Virus record (IMG/VR): IMGVR_UViG_3300030055_000004
DNA length: 37,724 nucleotides
Reading direction: 5' to 3' (one strand)
DNA from: a virus
Lineage: Duplodnaviria; Heunggongvirae; Uroviricota; Caudoviricetes
The translations under genes and the position numbers were made by a program. Positions 1-8,516 of this stretch are shown piece by piece (the stretch's first letter is position 1; every line of letters begins with the position of its first letter). Under the pieces are notes generated by a model. It did no database searches. It was not told the DNA's origin and saw only the letters and a list, made by a program, of their open reading frames with translations.

Positions 1-356
1 TTTTCAACATGTAATACCATTTCAGAAATCCATCTATCAGCAATTTTTCCTTCAAGAAGATCACCTTCTTGATAAGGGCAACTAATAGATTCTAAAAATT
101 CTTTATTTTCAATATTTATATCAAAATCTATTTCATCAAATTGTACAATTATTGTGTCATGATTATAAGCACCAGGATTAGTTTTAGTTGAACTACCACT
201 ATAAGTATCATCTATTAAAGAATAACAATAAGAACCATAATATTCAACAGTTATGTTAAACATCTTAAGATCAAATAATTTCTGCCAATCAGTTTTTGTT
301 TCTAAATAAACAACAATTTTCTTGTTATTTTTAAGTTGATTAAGAGTGTATCTCAT
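1..356 (-). CDS. Hypothetical protein, runs off the window edge (MRYTLNQLKNNKK...)
   Basis: Open frame from ATG at 356 to position 1; start coupled to the upstream stop by an ATGA overlap. Confidence 0.75.
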   Translation of the reverse strand, partial: MRYTLNQLKNNKKIVVYLETKTDWQKLFDLKMFNITVEYYGSYCYSLIDDTYSGSSTKTNPGAYNHDTIIVQFDEIDFDINIENKEFLESISCPYQEGDLLEGKIADRWISEMVLHVE

Positions 357-463
357 TTATTTACAATATAAGAATGATCAAAAACTACAGGTTGTTTAAC
401 TTTTTTAGTAGTTATACAACTCATTAAAAATAACATGAGAAATAAAAAGAGAATTTTCTTCAT
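353..463 (-). CDS. Small putative lipoprotein (36 aa, MKKILFLFLMLFLMSC|ITTKK...)
   Basis: Basic N-terminus, hydrophobic core and lipobox-like LMSC; ends in TGA overlapping the next ATG. Confidence 0.6.
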   Translation of the reverse strand: MKKILFLFLMLFLMSCITTKKVKQPVVFDHSYIVNK

Positions 464-745
464 ATGATTTATTTTTTTAAATTTAATATTAATAAACAAG
501 GCTCTTTACAATTTGCAAATATAATATTAATGGGCTAGTCTAAGTTTAACTTATACGTACCAAACTAATCGTTAAAATATTCAAATTTCTGCAAGTCTTA
601 ATACATCAGAGTGAATTTAATCCGTTAAATGTATTCAGGGCTGTAATGTGACACCTACTTGTTTATCTAATAAAAATTACTCCTTCTTATTTCATTAGTA
701 TCAGCATTGCTAGGGACTAATAATAATAAGAGAAGCAAATTTAAG

Positions 746-812
746 CGAGTATTAGGGAATCGAACCCTATCTCCCCTCTTCGGAGTGCCCTAACCAATTA
801 GACGAGTTACTC
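746..812 (-). tRNA. Degenerate tRNA-like element, anticodon not assignable
   Basis: Reverse complement GAGTAAC TC GTCT AATTGGTTA GGGC A CTCCGAAGAGGGGAGA TAGGG TTCGATT CCCTA ATACTC G: good D-arm and T-arm, shortened anticodon and variable region. Confidence 0.6.
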
Positions 813-896
813 TACTTACAATGATCAGTCGTAAGTGCAGGATGAAAGTCGACTTTCTTACCCTATACAGAATCACACTTAAGTAAGTTCTGTGTT

Positions 897-968
897 GTTC
901 TCCACACAGGATTCGAACCTGAATTTTTATTGCTTTACAATAATGTCCTACCATTAGACGAAAGAGAT
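897..968 (-). tRNA. Degenerate tRNA-like element with aberrant anticodon loop
   Basis: Reverse complement ATCTCTT TC GTCT AATGGTA GGAC A TTATTG TAAAG CAATAA AAAT TCAGG TTCGAAT CCTGT GTGGAGAAC: D-arm and T-arm present, 6-bp stem with 5-nt loop in place of a normal anticodon arm, imperfect acceptor stem. Confidence 0.6.
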
Positions 969-1581
969 AAGTATTGGTGGTAAAAGTCCTCTTTAGACTT
1001 ATTTTCAACAGAGTGTATTCTGTGACCACGAGAATCAATGATTCCAATACTAATTAATTTGAATGTTCATGATTACTCATCAACATCGACGAAAACTCAC
1101 ATAATATCCATTGACATTATACAAATTCTATCGTACAATTATATCTTACTCATATAATTTTCTGTTTATACCAAGAGTAAGTTGGTATTTATCAGAATTA
1201 CCTTTATAAAGGTTTTTATTAATCCATTCTTGGTTCGCATGTAGGATATTACATACCGACGACTCTAGCTTTAAAACATTTACGTCTATACATTATTTCC
1301 ATAAAAAGCTAATGCAACAATGGCACCGTTTAAAATTGAAATAATGTCTTTTTCTTTTTTCTTCTACACGAAGAGTGTATACCGACTCCAACGTTAATAC
1401 TACCGCTGTAGTATTATGGAGTGACGTGTTGACAGAACAACTGGCATTGGATACTATGCTATTAATTAATTGAAGAGCTGCCTTTATCAGTTCGATTACA
1501 TTGATGAGTAATTGCCTTTGGTATTTTATTGTGATAAATCACGCAATATATCTCAATTCTTTACAGTTTCAATTAATTCAT

Positions 1582-1863
1582 TTATTTTTGTTTTTTAATA
1601 TGTGTTGTTAACCAATCTAATCTTGGTTGTTTACTACCATGTGCCCAATAATAACCTGAATGTTTATCAGCTTTACTATAATGTTTTTGATACCATTTAG
1701 GTCGATTTGTTTGAATATAATTATATAATAACTTATATTCAGAAAAATTAAGTTTATCTTTTAGAGATAAATAATTTACAGTAGCGCATAAACCAAATTC
1801 AAAATTTTCATCTGCGTTTATTGTAATCCACAATAAACATAATAATTTTTTTAAACTTCTCAT
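1582..1863 (-). CDS. Hypothetical phage protein (GLC...YYW...RLDWL)
   Basis: ORF track; start moved to ATG 1863, which is ATGA-coupled to the upstream ORF. Confidence 0.75.
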   Translation of the reverse strand: MRSLKKLLCLLWITINADENFEFGLCATVNYLSLKDKLNFSEYKLLYNYIQTNRPKWYQKHYSKADKHSGYYWAHGSKQPRLDWLTTHIKKQK

Positions 1864-2030
1864 ACAAACCAAGAGATTACACAAATGATAAAAAATGTAA
1901 TTTTGAAGATATCATTATAATACAAATTAAAAGAACGTTTATGTGTTATAATACCTGGAATTGAAATAATAATAACTATTCCCCATAATATGGAGAATAG
2001 TTTTAAAAAAAGAATACAAAGTTGTTCCAT
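1860..2030 (-). CDS. Small two-TM membrane protein (56 aa, MEQLCILFLKLFSILWGIV...)
   Basis: Manual translation; TAATG overlap upstream and ATGA overlap downstream. Confidence 0.6.
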   Translation of the reverse strand: MEQLCILFLKLFSILWGIVIIISIPGIITHKRSFNLYYNDIFKITFFIICVISWFV

Positions 2031-2227
2031 TATTTCAATTGTTTATGAAACCAATGATCAAATTTAATTATTCCAAAAATAGAAGAATAAAGAAAACCAA
2101 CAATCATAAAAGGCCAACAAACTACTCCATACCAACTACCATGTAGTACTGTATATAGAGAAACAGAGAGAATAGTCACTATAATTAAAATCATAATTAC
2201 AATGATAATAGATTTGATTAATTTCAT
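2030..2227 (-). CDS. Small two-TM membrane protein
   Basis: Two hydrophobic stretches; AACTCAAAA motif upstream. Confidence 0.7.
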   Translation of the reverse strand: MKLIKSIIIVIMILIIVTILSVSLYTVLHGSWYGVVCWPFMIVGFLYSSIFGIIKFDHWFHKQLK

Positions 2228-2382
2228 TTGAATTTTGAGTTAAGTAAATTTAATAACTATGATTAAAGAAAAATAAAGTCATTCCGTGTATTTCATTTTG
2301 TTTTTTACCCCAATCATATCTCTTGTTAACATAGAGCTAACTGTTCATGAATTGGACCCCCACTTTCGGTTATTGAATAACT

Positions 2383-2658
2383 TTATTTTATAGTATCATT
2401 TCTATTGTATGTTTTTAATAAATATTCTGTTAATGGATTTCTACCTCGAAATATAATAATTGAATCATTATGTTGCATAATTACAACTTGTTCAGTTACT
2501 CCATTTTCAAAAGTATAATCTTTTAATATTAACGGAGATGGTATTGCATTAAAACGTTGAAGTTCAGTTTGAATAACTAATAAATGTTCTTTTTTACCAC
2601 TTTGAGAAGTACAAGAAAGAGTTAATACAATTATAAGAAATAATATAAGTTTTTTCAT
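2383..2658 (-). CDS. Putative lipoprotein
   Basis: MKKLILFLIIVLTLSC|TSQ signal peptide II / lipobox pattern. Confidence 0.7.
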   Translation of the reverse strand: MKKLILFLIIVLTLSCTSQSGKKEHLLVIQTELQRFNAIPSPLILKDYTFENGVTEQVVIMQHNDSIIIFRGRNPLTEYLLKTYNRNDTIK

Positions 2659-2861
2659 TAGTCTAATTTTTGTTGATTAAAAAGAATTGATAGTTTATCT
2701 GCTTTTAAGTTTAAACTTGAAGCAATCAAACGAAGACTACAAGAAACATCAGCTAAATGTCCTTTATTACTAATTGTAGTATGAATTAGATTATCAATAT
2801 CAGTTGCTAATGCTTGTTGAATTTCTGGAAAATTAACTAAACCATTTTGAATTGTTTTCAT
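2658..2861 (-). CDS. Hypothetical protein
   Basis: ORF coupled to neighbours at both ends. Confidence 0.65.
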   Translation of the reverse strand: MKTIQNGLVNFPEIQQALATDIDNLIHTTISNKGHLADVSCSLRLIASSLNLKADKLSILFNQQKLD

Positions 2862-3244
2862 CTGCGATTTGTGCGTTTATGATTCTTTGGAATGAATTCC
2901 TTTTTTGAATAGAATTTACAATCATTATATCCTTGCATTGGATTAGTAAACATTAAAGGGATCAATGATATATCATCACCTAATCTTTCTAAATATGGAT
3001 CAGATATTGAATTCTGAGAAGTATCAGATCTAACATCTTTTGATATCCAATAATACCATTCAAGTTTATGTTCTGGATCTTGATATTTAACCCAGTTTTC
3101 ACTGTATTGATTACCAACTACGCAACCATCTTCATACTCAATAAGGTTATTATCATTTATAAATGCATATTCTTCAGGTGAATAATATTCATTACAAACT
3201 TTATGACCTTGTTGCATTGCTAAATATGCTTGATTTTTATTCAT
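2858..3244 (-). CDS. Hypothetical protein, N-terminus weakly Tad2/DUF2829-like
   Basis: MNKNQAYLAMQQGHKV resembles the MxFxEAxxAxKxGxKV start; ends in TGA with ATGA overlap. Confidence 0.6.
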   Translation of the reverse strand: MNKNQAYLAMQQGHKVCNEYYSPEEYAFINDNNLIEYEDGCVVGNQYSENWVKYQDPEHKLEWYYWISKDVRSDTSQNSISDPYLERLGDDISLIPLMFTNPMQGYNDCKFYSKKEFIPKNHKRTNRR

Positions 3245-3307
3245 GATTAAGAGTTTTAATTAAGTTTCCGCACCACATTTATGTGGATTGGAAACTCAAA
3301 AAATATA

Positions 3308-3736
3308 TTATTTACAACCATTCCAAGATTCTAAATCACATGTTAATTTACTCACACATGGAATTCTAAATGATTTTTCAGCACGGAAATCATCACGAGA
3401 ATAATAATCTCTACCTGTTTTATTAGAAACAGCTAAATCATATGAATTAGATTCTTCGGCAATTTCTTTTGTATCAAAATACAATGTTTTACTTTCAGTT
3501 GAATCATACTCATAAGTTACTTTTTCAGTATATTTATCAAATGATTTAAAGCGGCAAATTTTGGATGATCCTTGAGGATAAATAGATGTTTTAGAAATAT
3601 CAGGAACTTCATATACATTCATAAGAGTTTCAACTGCAATGACTGCATTTGGAGTTTGATTGATAACTTCCATTAATGCTTCAATTTCAATTCCTGGGAA
3701 TTTGTTCTGTAATGCGATACGAATAATTTTGTTCAT
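3308..3736 (-). CDS. Hypothetical protein
   Basis: ORF track; likely start is ATG 3736 (MNKIIRIAL), after AAACTCAAAAA. Confidence 0.75.
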   Translation of the reverse strand: MNKIIRIALQNKFPGIEIEALMEVINQTPNAVIAVETLMNVYEVPDISKTSIYPQGSSKICRFKSFDKYTEKVTYEYDSTESKTLYFDTKEIAEESNSYDLAVSNKTGRDYYSRDDFRAEKSFRIPCVSKLTCDLESWNGCK

Positions 3737-3755
3737 TTTGATTAAGTTTTTGAGT

Positions 3756-4355
3756 TTAAATTTCTTTAGCAATTATTTGAGAAAGATTTAATTCATTTAA
3801 AATTTGCTGCTTATCATAAGATAAATTATTTTTCATATATGTTACATATACACAATAATTATCAATTTTAGATAAAATAGCTAATCCAGATAATGTTTTT
3901 AAAAACATTAAATGATTTTTATCGGGAATATTATTACCTTCAGGTATACATATTTCTTTTAATAAGAAATAAGGTAAATCAGAATCAATTAAATATTCAC
4001 TTCTTTCTTTAAATCGAGATAAAAAATGTTCAGATATAAAAAAACAATGTTGTTCAGTAAAATTTATTAAAACATATTGTTTTTTATTATTTTTTATATA
4101 TGAACATAAATGATTTGCTCCTAAATTATCAATATTATCAGAAGCATAAATAATTAAATAATTATTGTTTCTTTTTGATATTATTGTTTCAGATGTTTTA
4201 AAAATTATTGGATAATTAAAAGTTTTACGCTTTCTTACAAATACTTTAGTTATACTATGAAATACTGTTGAATGTAAAGTTTTTTGTATTAATTCTTTTG
4301 TATCTAATAGTATTTCATCAACTATTTCTTTTCTAGACATTGTTTCAGTAATCAT
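3756..4355 (-). CDS. Hypothetical protein (HFLSRFKER motif)
   Basis: ORF track; likely start is ATG 4355 (MITETMSRKE), after ACTCAAAAA. Confidence 0.75.
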   Translation of the reverse strand: MITETMSRKEIVDEILLDTKELIQKTLHSTVFHSITKVFVRKRKTFNYPIIFKTSETIISKRNNNYLIIYASDNIDNLGANHLCSYIKNNKKQYVLINFTEQHCFFISEHFLSRFKERSEYLIDSDLPYFLLKEICIPEGNNIPDKNHLMFLKTLSGLAILSKIDNYCVYVTYMKNNLSYDKQQILNELNLSQIIAKEI

Positions 4356-4734
4356 AATAAGTATTTTTGAGTGTAATACATATATATTTCGTCCAGTCTC
4401 ATCAGACACTATTTTATAAGATTAAATGTGCTTGCACATTTGATCTAAACTCTCCTGGTTGAGTTTAATAAAAAATCACTGTTTCACTTCGCATTATATT
4501 AGTGATAAACCCCGCTTTTAGAGTTAAAAAAAGAAATGTAATACAGGCTTCGGACTATTATACACCGCATGCAACACCTTCAAGAAGGCATAAACTGATT
4601 ACATTTCTTTTTAAATTATTATTCTCTATATTATTTTCAATCGCTTTCTTTATAATACCTCTATTATAACAGTTCAGAAATTCAATAATCAGATAAACAA
4701 TTTTGGTAAATCGTCTATTTTTCGAGAATATATT

Positions 4735-4971
4735 TTACAATGATATACAATAACTAGTAATGAATTCACCTGCATTATCGTTAAAAAGAAAAATGATTTG
4801 TCTTTCATCATTACCAAAATAACATTTACTAATGGTATTATTAACCATTAAATCTACAAAATTAGGCAAAGATAATTCTTTTTCTAATTTATCAATAAAT
4901 TGATTTTGTAATGTAGTATTAAGATTAAGGATCTTAATTCTAATAAGTTTGAAATTAGTTATAACGTGCAT
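4735..4971 (-). CDS. Hypothetical protein
   Basis: ORF preceded by tandem AACTCAAA motif. Confidence 0.65.
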   Translation of the reverse strand: MHVITNFKLIRIKILNLNTTLQNQFIDKLEKELSLPNFVDLMVNNTISKCYFGNDERQIIFLFNDNAGEFITSYCISL

Positions 4972-5055
4972 ATAATTTGAGTTTTTGAGTTTTAAAGATT
5001 ATACAATTAAGTTTAAATTAAAGGAATAATAGATTACTATTCCCTTGATAAATGT

Positions 5056-5499
5056 TTAACAATTTTCATACTTAATTACTGGGCGTTGAAGTTTATATCC
5101 ATTTGCTTTTAACAATGCAATTGCTTCTTCAATTGGATCTATAAAATCTATAATTTCTGAGTTTGAAACTATATCTCCAAAAGAATTTTGAACCAATTCG
5201 GGTTTACCTTTGTACTTTTTGGTATAATCTAATTGATTAGTAGCACATTCATCAAGACCTTTTTGAATAGTCTTGTAATATACTGGAGCATCATAAGCAA
5301 AAACATATTCTCTTTTTTTGAATTTTACAATCATTCCAGTTTTTTTAAGAATACTGAATACAAATTGAGAATAAGGACAACCAGACATTTTCAAAGCATG
5401 AGATAATGATATTCCTGTAAATGCTGATTTTTGTTCTTTTAATTCATTGATAATTGCAACAGCTTTTTGAGCTCTTATTAAAGATAAAGATTCTTTCAT
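5056..5499 (-). CDS. Hypothetical protein, possibly winged-helix DNA-binding
   Basis: 147-aa ORF with helix-helix-wing-like pattern (LKKTGMIVKFKKREYVF); tandem upstream motif. Confidence 0.65.
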   Translation of the reverse strand: MKESLSLIRAQKAVAIINELKEQKSAFTGISLSHALKMSGCPYSQFVFSILKKTGMIVKFKKREYVFAYDAPVYYKTIQKGLDECATNQLDYTKKYKGKPELVQNSFGDIVSNSEIIDFIDPIEEAIALLKANGYKLQRPVIKYENC

Positions 5500-5896
5500 A
5501 ATATTTGAGTTTTTTTGAGTTTAAGCATCGCTATGGATCTAAACCTTATCGAAATGATAAGATCAATATTTACGAATTGTAAACATTTGCACTCTGCAAT
5601 AATAAAAAGAGATTGGTAAGATTTTGCGTTTCGAGGTTATACAAAGTTGTGAATTGGAATTGGAAAAAGTTCTGGAAAGGGTAGTTTGGTTTACGTTTAG
5701 AAGAAAGGCTTAGGCAGTTCTCATTCATCACTCACCTAAAATTCTCATAATATTATCATTAAAAGCCAAAGACTTACTTTCATAAATCTTCGACTATTAA
5801 TTTAGGACCTCTTGTCCAGGTATAATGCATTTGTAAACACTTTTGAAATCTAGCATTATCCTTTCTCGAATTTTGAGTTTTGTAGAAAGAAATTTA

Positions 5897-6097
5897 TTAA
5901 ACATAAACAAAATCATTAATTATCCATCCGATCTTATACTTTACCAACTTAAAATAGCAAAGCTTTCCAGATAGTTGTGGCTCATATAAATTATCCCAAA
6001 TACCAACTTGATAATCTTTATTGCGAGAATGTAGTAAACATCTACCAATTAAACGACCTCGAACAATTTTAATAGCTAGTACTTTATTGATATACAT
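5897..6097 (-). CDS. Hypothetical protein
   Basis: ORF track, co-oriented with the arm. Confidence 0.5.
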   Translation of the reverse strand: MYINKVLAIKIVRGRLIGRCLLHSRNKDYQVGIWDNLYEPQLSGKLCYFKLVKYKIGWIINDFVYV

Positions 6098-6255
6098 TTG
6101 GGAATCGATTAGAAATTTGCGAGAATAACTGAGAAGTTTGTTAGTATATCCATTTTGGTATACATTCGGGTATCTGTGATTGAATAACAGTTATCATTAC
6201 TATTTCTCGAATAGGAGAATAGTTAATTACCAATGCTATTTCTCTGGTTGTAAAG

Positions 6256-6291
6256 AATTGAGAACCCTACGATTATGTAGAGTTCTCAATT
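6256..6291 (-). terminator. Stem-loop (terminator or processing site) after 6299-6802
   Basis: AATTGAGAAC-C-CTAC gattat GTAG-A-GTTCTCAATT directly after the stop codon. Confidence 0.55.
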
Positions 6292-6298
6292 AATTAAT

Positions 6299-6802
6299 TT
6301 AGTCAGCAAGCAATGCTTCTTGTACACCAGCAATTACAAAGTAATTAACAGACTTTGGTGCACAAAGAGAAGAAGCTTCAATAGAACGAACACGTTTACC
6401 TTTGACTTCAACATAAGTAGGCATATTTACAATAGTCTTTTGAACCATAGCAGTTTTACCTGAAAGCAATGCAATGATAGTGGCGAAACCTAATCCTGAA
6501 AATTTAGGATTGATTGGAGTACCAGCATAATCATTACGAGTAAATTGAGAAAATGCAATTTCTTTACCATCAACAGTTACAACAGAATTGTAAGGTTTAT
6601 CATTGAAGAATTTTTCAGTGATTGGAATGATAGTAGGAAATGTAAGGATTTGACCGGCTTGTAAGGTTTCGATTCCATTAAAAGAATTAGCGAAACTTGG
6701 ATCAAGTAAAGCACGTGCTTCAAGTGATTCCAATGTTACAACACGATCAAGATAAGTTTTAGGAGCAACAGTTTCAGTTGCAACATTTTTGTTTTCAGCC
6801 AT
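6299..6802 (-). CDS. Hypothetical protein, first gene of the leftward arm
   Basis: Clean 167-aa ORF with A-rich leader; function not recognised. Confidence 0.85.
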   Translation of the reverse strand: MAENKNVATETVAPKTYLDRVVTLESLEARALLDPSFANSFNGIETLQAGQILTFPTIIPITEKFFNDKPYNSVVTVDGKEIAFSQFTRNDYAGTPINPKFSGLGFATIIALLSGKTAMVQKTIVNMPTYVEVKGKRVRSIEASSLCAPKSVNYFVIAGVQEALLAD

Positions 6803-7097
6803 AATAAGTTTTTTTATTTGTTTATATTTAGTGAACAGAGGACGAATTTTCTACGAATTCATTTTACTCTCCTTAAGGCTTGGGGGAGTAAAGACCAACA
6901 GCTCTCACCTGTAAAAAATATATATAAAATTTTTTTTCAATCTCCTTAGCAAATCAATCTATAATCATCTTAAGGGGGGCACTAAAATTCCTAACTAAAA
7001 TTATACATATATAAAAAATTTTTTATTTTTCTTGAGGAAATTTCGAAGAAAATTCCTAGTAAGTATAATTATATAAGTATAAGTAAGTATAGTTAGA

Positions 7098-7155
7098 GGG
7101 TACTTTTTGCACGCATCGGGGTACATTTTGCACACCCTTGGGGTATTTTTTGCAC
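7098..7155. repeat. Three 15-bp direct repeats (iteron-like), putative replication origin
   Basis: GGGTACTTTTTGCAC (7098), GGGTACATTTTGCAC (7119), GGGTATTTTTTGCAC (7141); 21-22 bp period; adjacent AT-rich AAGTA repeats. Confidence 0.75.
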
Positions 7156-7222
7156 AACCTCTATGCAAAAACTTTCACTATGAAAATTAAAGTATTAAAA
7201 TATGTTAAATTTACACTATTTA

Positions 7223-7254
7223 TTTGCACTATCCAAAAAATTTTATTACCTTTG
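7223..7254 (+). promoter_or_regulatory. Bacteroidota primary-sigma promoter (-33/-7)
   Basis: TTTG (7223-7226), 20-nt spacer, TACCTTTG (7247-7254), upstream of ATG 7279. Confidence 0.75.
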
Positions 7255-7278
7255 TATTAGAAATTAAAGTAATAGAAA

Positions 7279-8025
7279 ATGGAATTAGAAAATAAAAGGC
7301 ACGTACAACTTCCAAATAATATGACAGTCGATGATAAACTATCTTCTAAGGATCTTTTAATTTATGTTTCAATAAGAAGATATATGAATTCAATAACCAA
7401 AGAAGCATTCCCATCATTGGAAACTATTATGGGGCATGCAAGTGCATCAAAACCAACTGTAAGAAAGTGTATTGAGAATTTAAAATCTCTTGGTTATATA
7501 ACAGTAACAAAAAAAGGAAGAAATAATTTATATAAATTTAATCCTCATAAAAAATTTGAACCATTTTCATATGATTTTTTAGATAAAGAAGATCTATCCT
7601 CAAATGAAAAAGCATATTTAATTGCTACTCAACAATATATGTTTAAAGAAGGTGGTTATGGTAATGTAAGTTATAGTGATAGAAAATTAGCAGACATTAT
7701 TAATATGTCTCCTCATTCAGTTACAAAATATAATAAATCTTTATTAGAGAAAAACTATCTATCTATTATTAAAACAGATAAGAAAGATATGGAAACTGGA
7801 TTAATGATTAATGAAAAAATGTTTCATCTTAATGAATTAGAACAAGCAATAGTATTTACTCTTCAGAAACATGAAGATAGATTAAATGAAACAGATGAAC
7901 GTTTAAATTCTTTAGAAGATACTTTTAATAAGACTATGAATTTAGTATTAAAAGAAAACGTAAAACTACAACAACAGTTAAAAGAATCAAAAGAATTAGA
8001 ATATAAACCAATAGAGATTATATAA
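7279..8025 (+). CDS. Tandem winged-HTH protein, replication initiator-like
   Basis: LLIYVSIRRY...AFPSLETI...SKPTVRKCIENLKSLGYI...GRNNLY HTH pattern, a second HTH, C-terminal coiled coil; lies beside the iterons. Confidence 0.7.
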   Translation: MELENKRHVQLPNNMTVDDKLSSKDLLIYVSIRRYMNSITKEAFPSLETIMGHASASKPTVRKCIENLKSLGYITVTKKGRNNLYKFNPHKKFEPFSYDFLDKEDLSSNEKAYLIATQQYMFKEGGYGNVSYSDRKLADIINMSPHSVTKYNKSLLEKNYLSIIKTDKKDMETGLMINEKMFHLNELEQAIVFTLQKHEDRLNETDERLNSLEDTFNKTMNLVLKENVKLQQQLKESKELEYKPIEII

Positions 8026-8298
8026 ATGTTATACTTAATAAAATTAGATTAAACTTACAAAATAGGTTTCTCAGAAAATATAGAAAAAAGATTCAAGCAA
8101 TTTGAGTCAACTCATATTAATGTAGAGATAATAGCTTTAAGAGAAGGTGGAATAAGGGAAGAAAAAATTTTACAAAAAGTTTGTAATGCATATCATTTAA
8201 AAAATAAATTATTTGAAATAAATGAATGTATAGTAAATATTTTTAAAACTTATATATTAAAGTGTAATAATATAGATATTCCAGAAGATTTAAATTAG
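8026..8298 (+). pseudogene. T5orf172/GIY-YIG-like endonuclease pseudogene
   Basis: MLYLIKLD*TYKIGFSENIEKRFKQF...EEKILQ; in-frame TAA at 8050-8052. Confidence 0.65.
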
Positions 8299-8346
8299 TA
8301 ATTAAAGTTTGTGTAAAAACTATTAACTAATTTAAAAATTAAAATC

Positions 8347-8514
8347 ATGTGAGGTAAAAAGAAAAAACAAGTTGTATATCCAAGTATATATAAAGATAGA
8401 TATAAAGATTTAATAAAGCAAACATTAGACATTGTTAATTCAATGGAAATAACTATTGATTTACTAGAATTTAAAATAAAACAATTACAAGAAACAATCC
8501 ATCAAAAATATTAA
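8347..8514 (+). CDS. Small hypothetical protein (TGA=Trp at codon 2)
   Basis: ATG TGA GGT AAA... gives MWGKKKKQ..., 55 aa, filling the gap between genes. Confidence 0.5.
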
Positions 8515-8516
8515 TA

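Larger units (their letters stand above)
488..1578 (-). ncRNA. Candidate large structured non-coding RNA region
   Basis: No credible ORF. Near-continuous nested inverted repeats (about 488-670, 674-741, 815-895, 971-1050, 1056-1127, 1137-1197, 1224-1323, 1365-1423, 1464-1578) and two tRNA-like folds. Strand inferred from the tRNA-like elements and flanking genes. Confidence 0.55.

Noticed and set aside
790-1047. 85-aa minus-strand ORF in the track
   Set aside because: Non-ATG start, atypical composition, overlaps both tRNA-like folds.
1072-1512. Hammerhead-like TGATGAG cores
   Set aside because: Preceded by T rather than C, with no properly placed GAAA or three-stem junction.
4540-4600. Twister-like loop (G-TCCGAAGC-C on the minus strand)
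   Set aside because: The remaining twister elements are not in a compatible order.
7098-7155. CRISPR mini-array
   Set aside because: 15-bp repeats with 6-7 bp spacers are far too short; no cas genes.
8026-8298. TAA read-through as a second recoding event
   Set aside because: Single case in a mobile-endonuclease-type gene; TAA is the main stop elsewhere, so a nonsense mutation or sequencing error is likelier.
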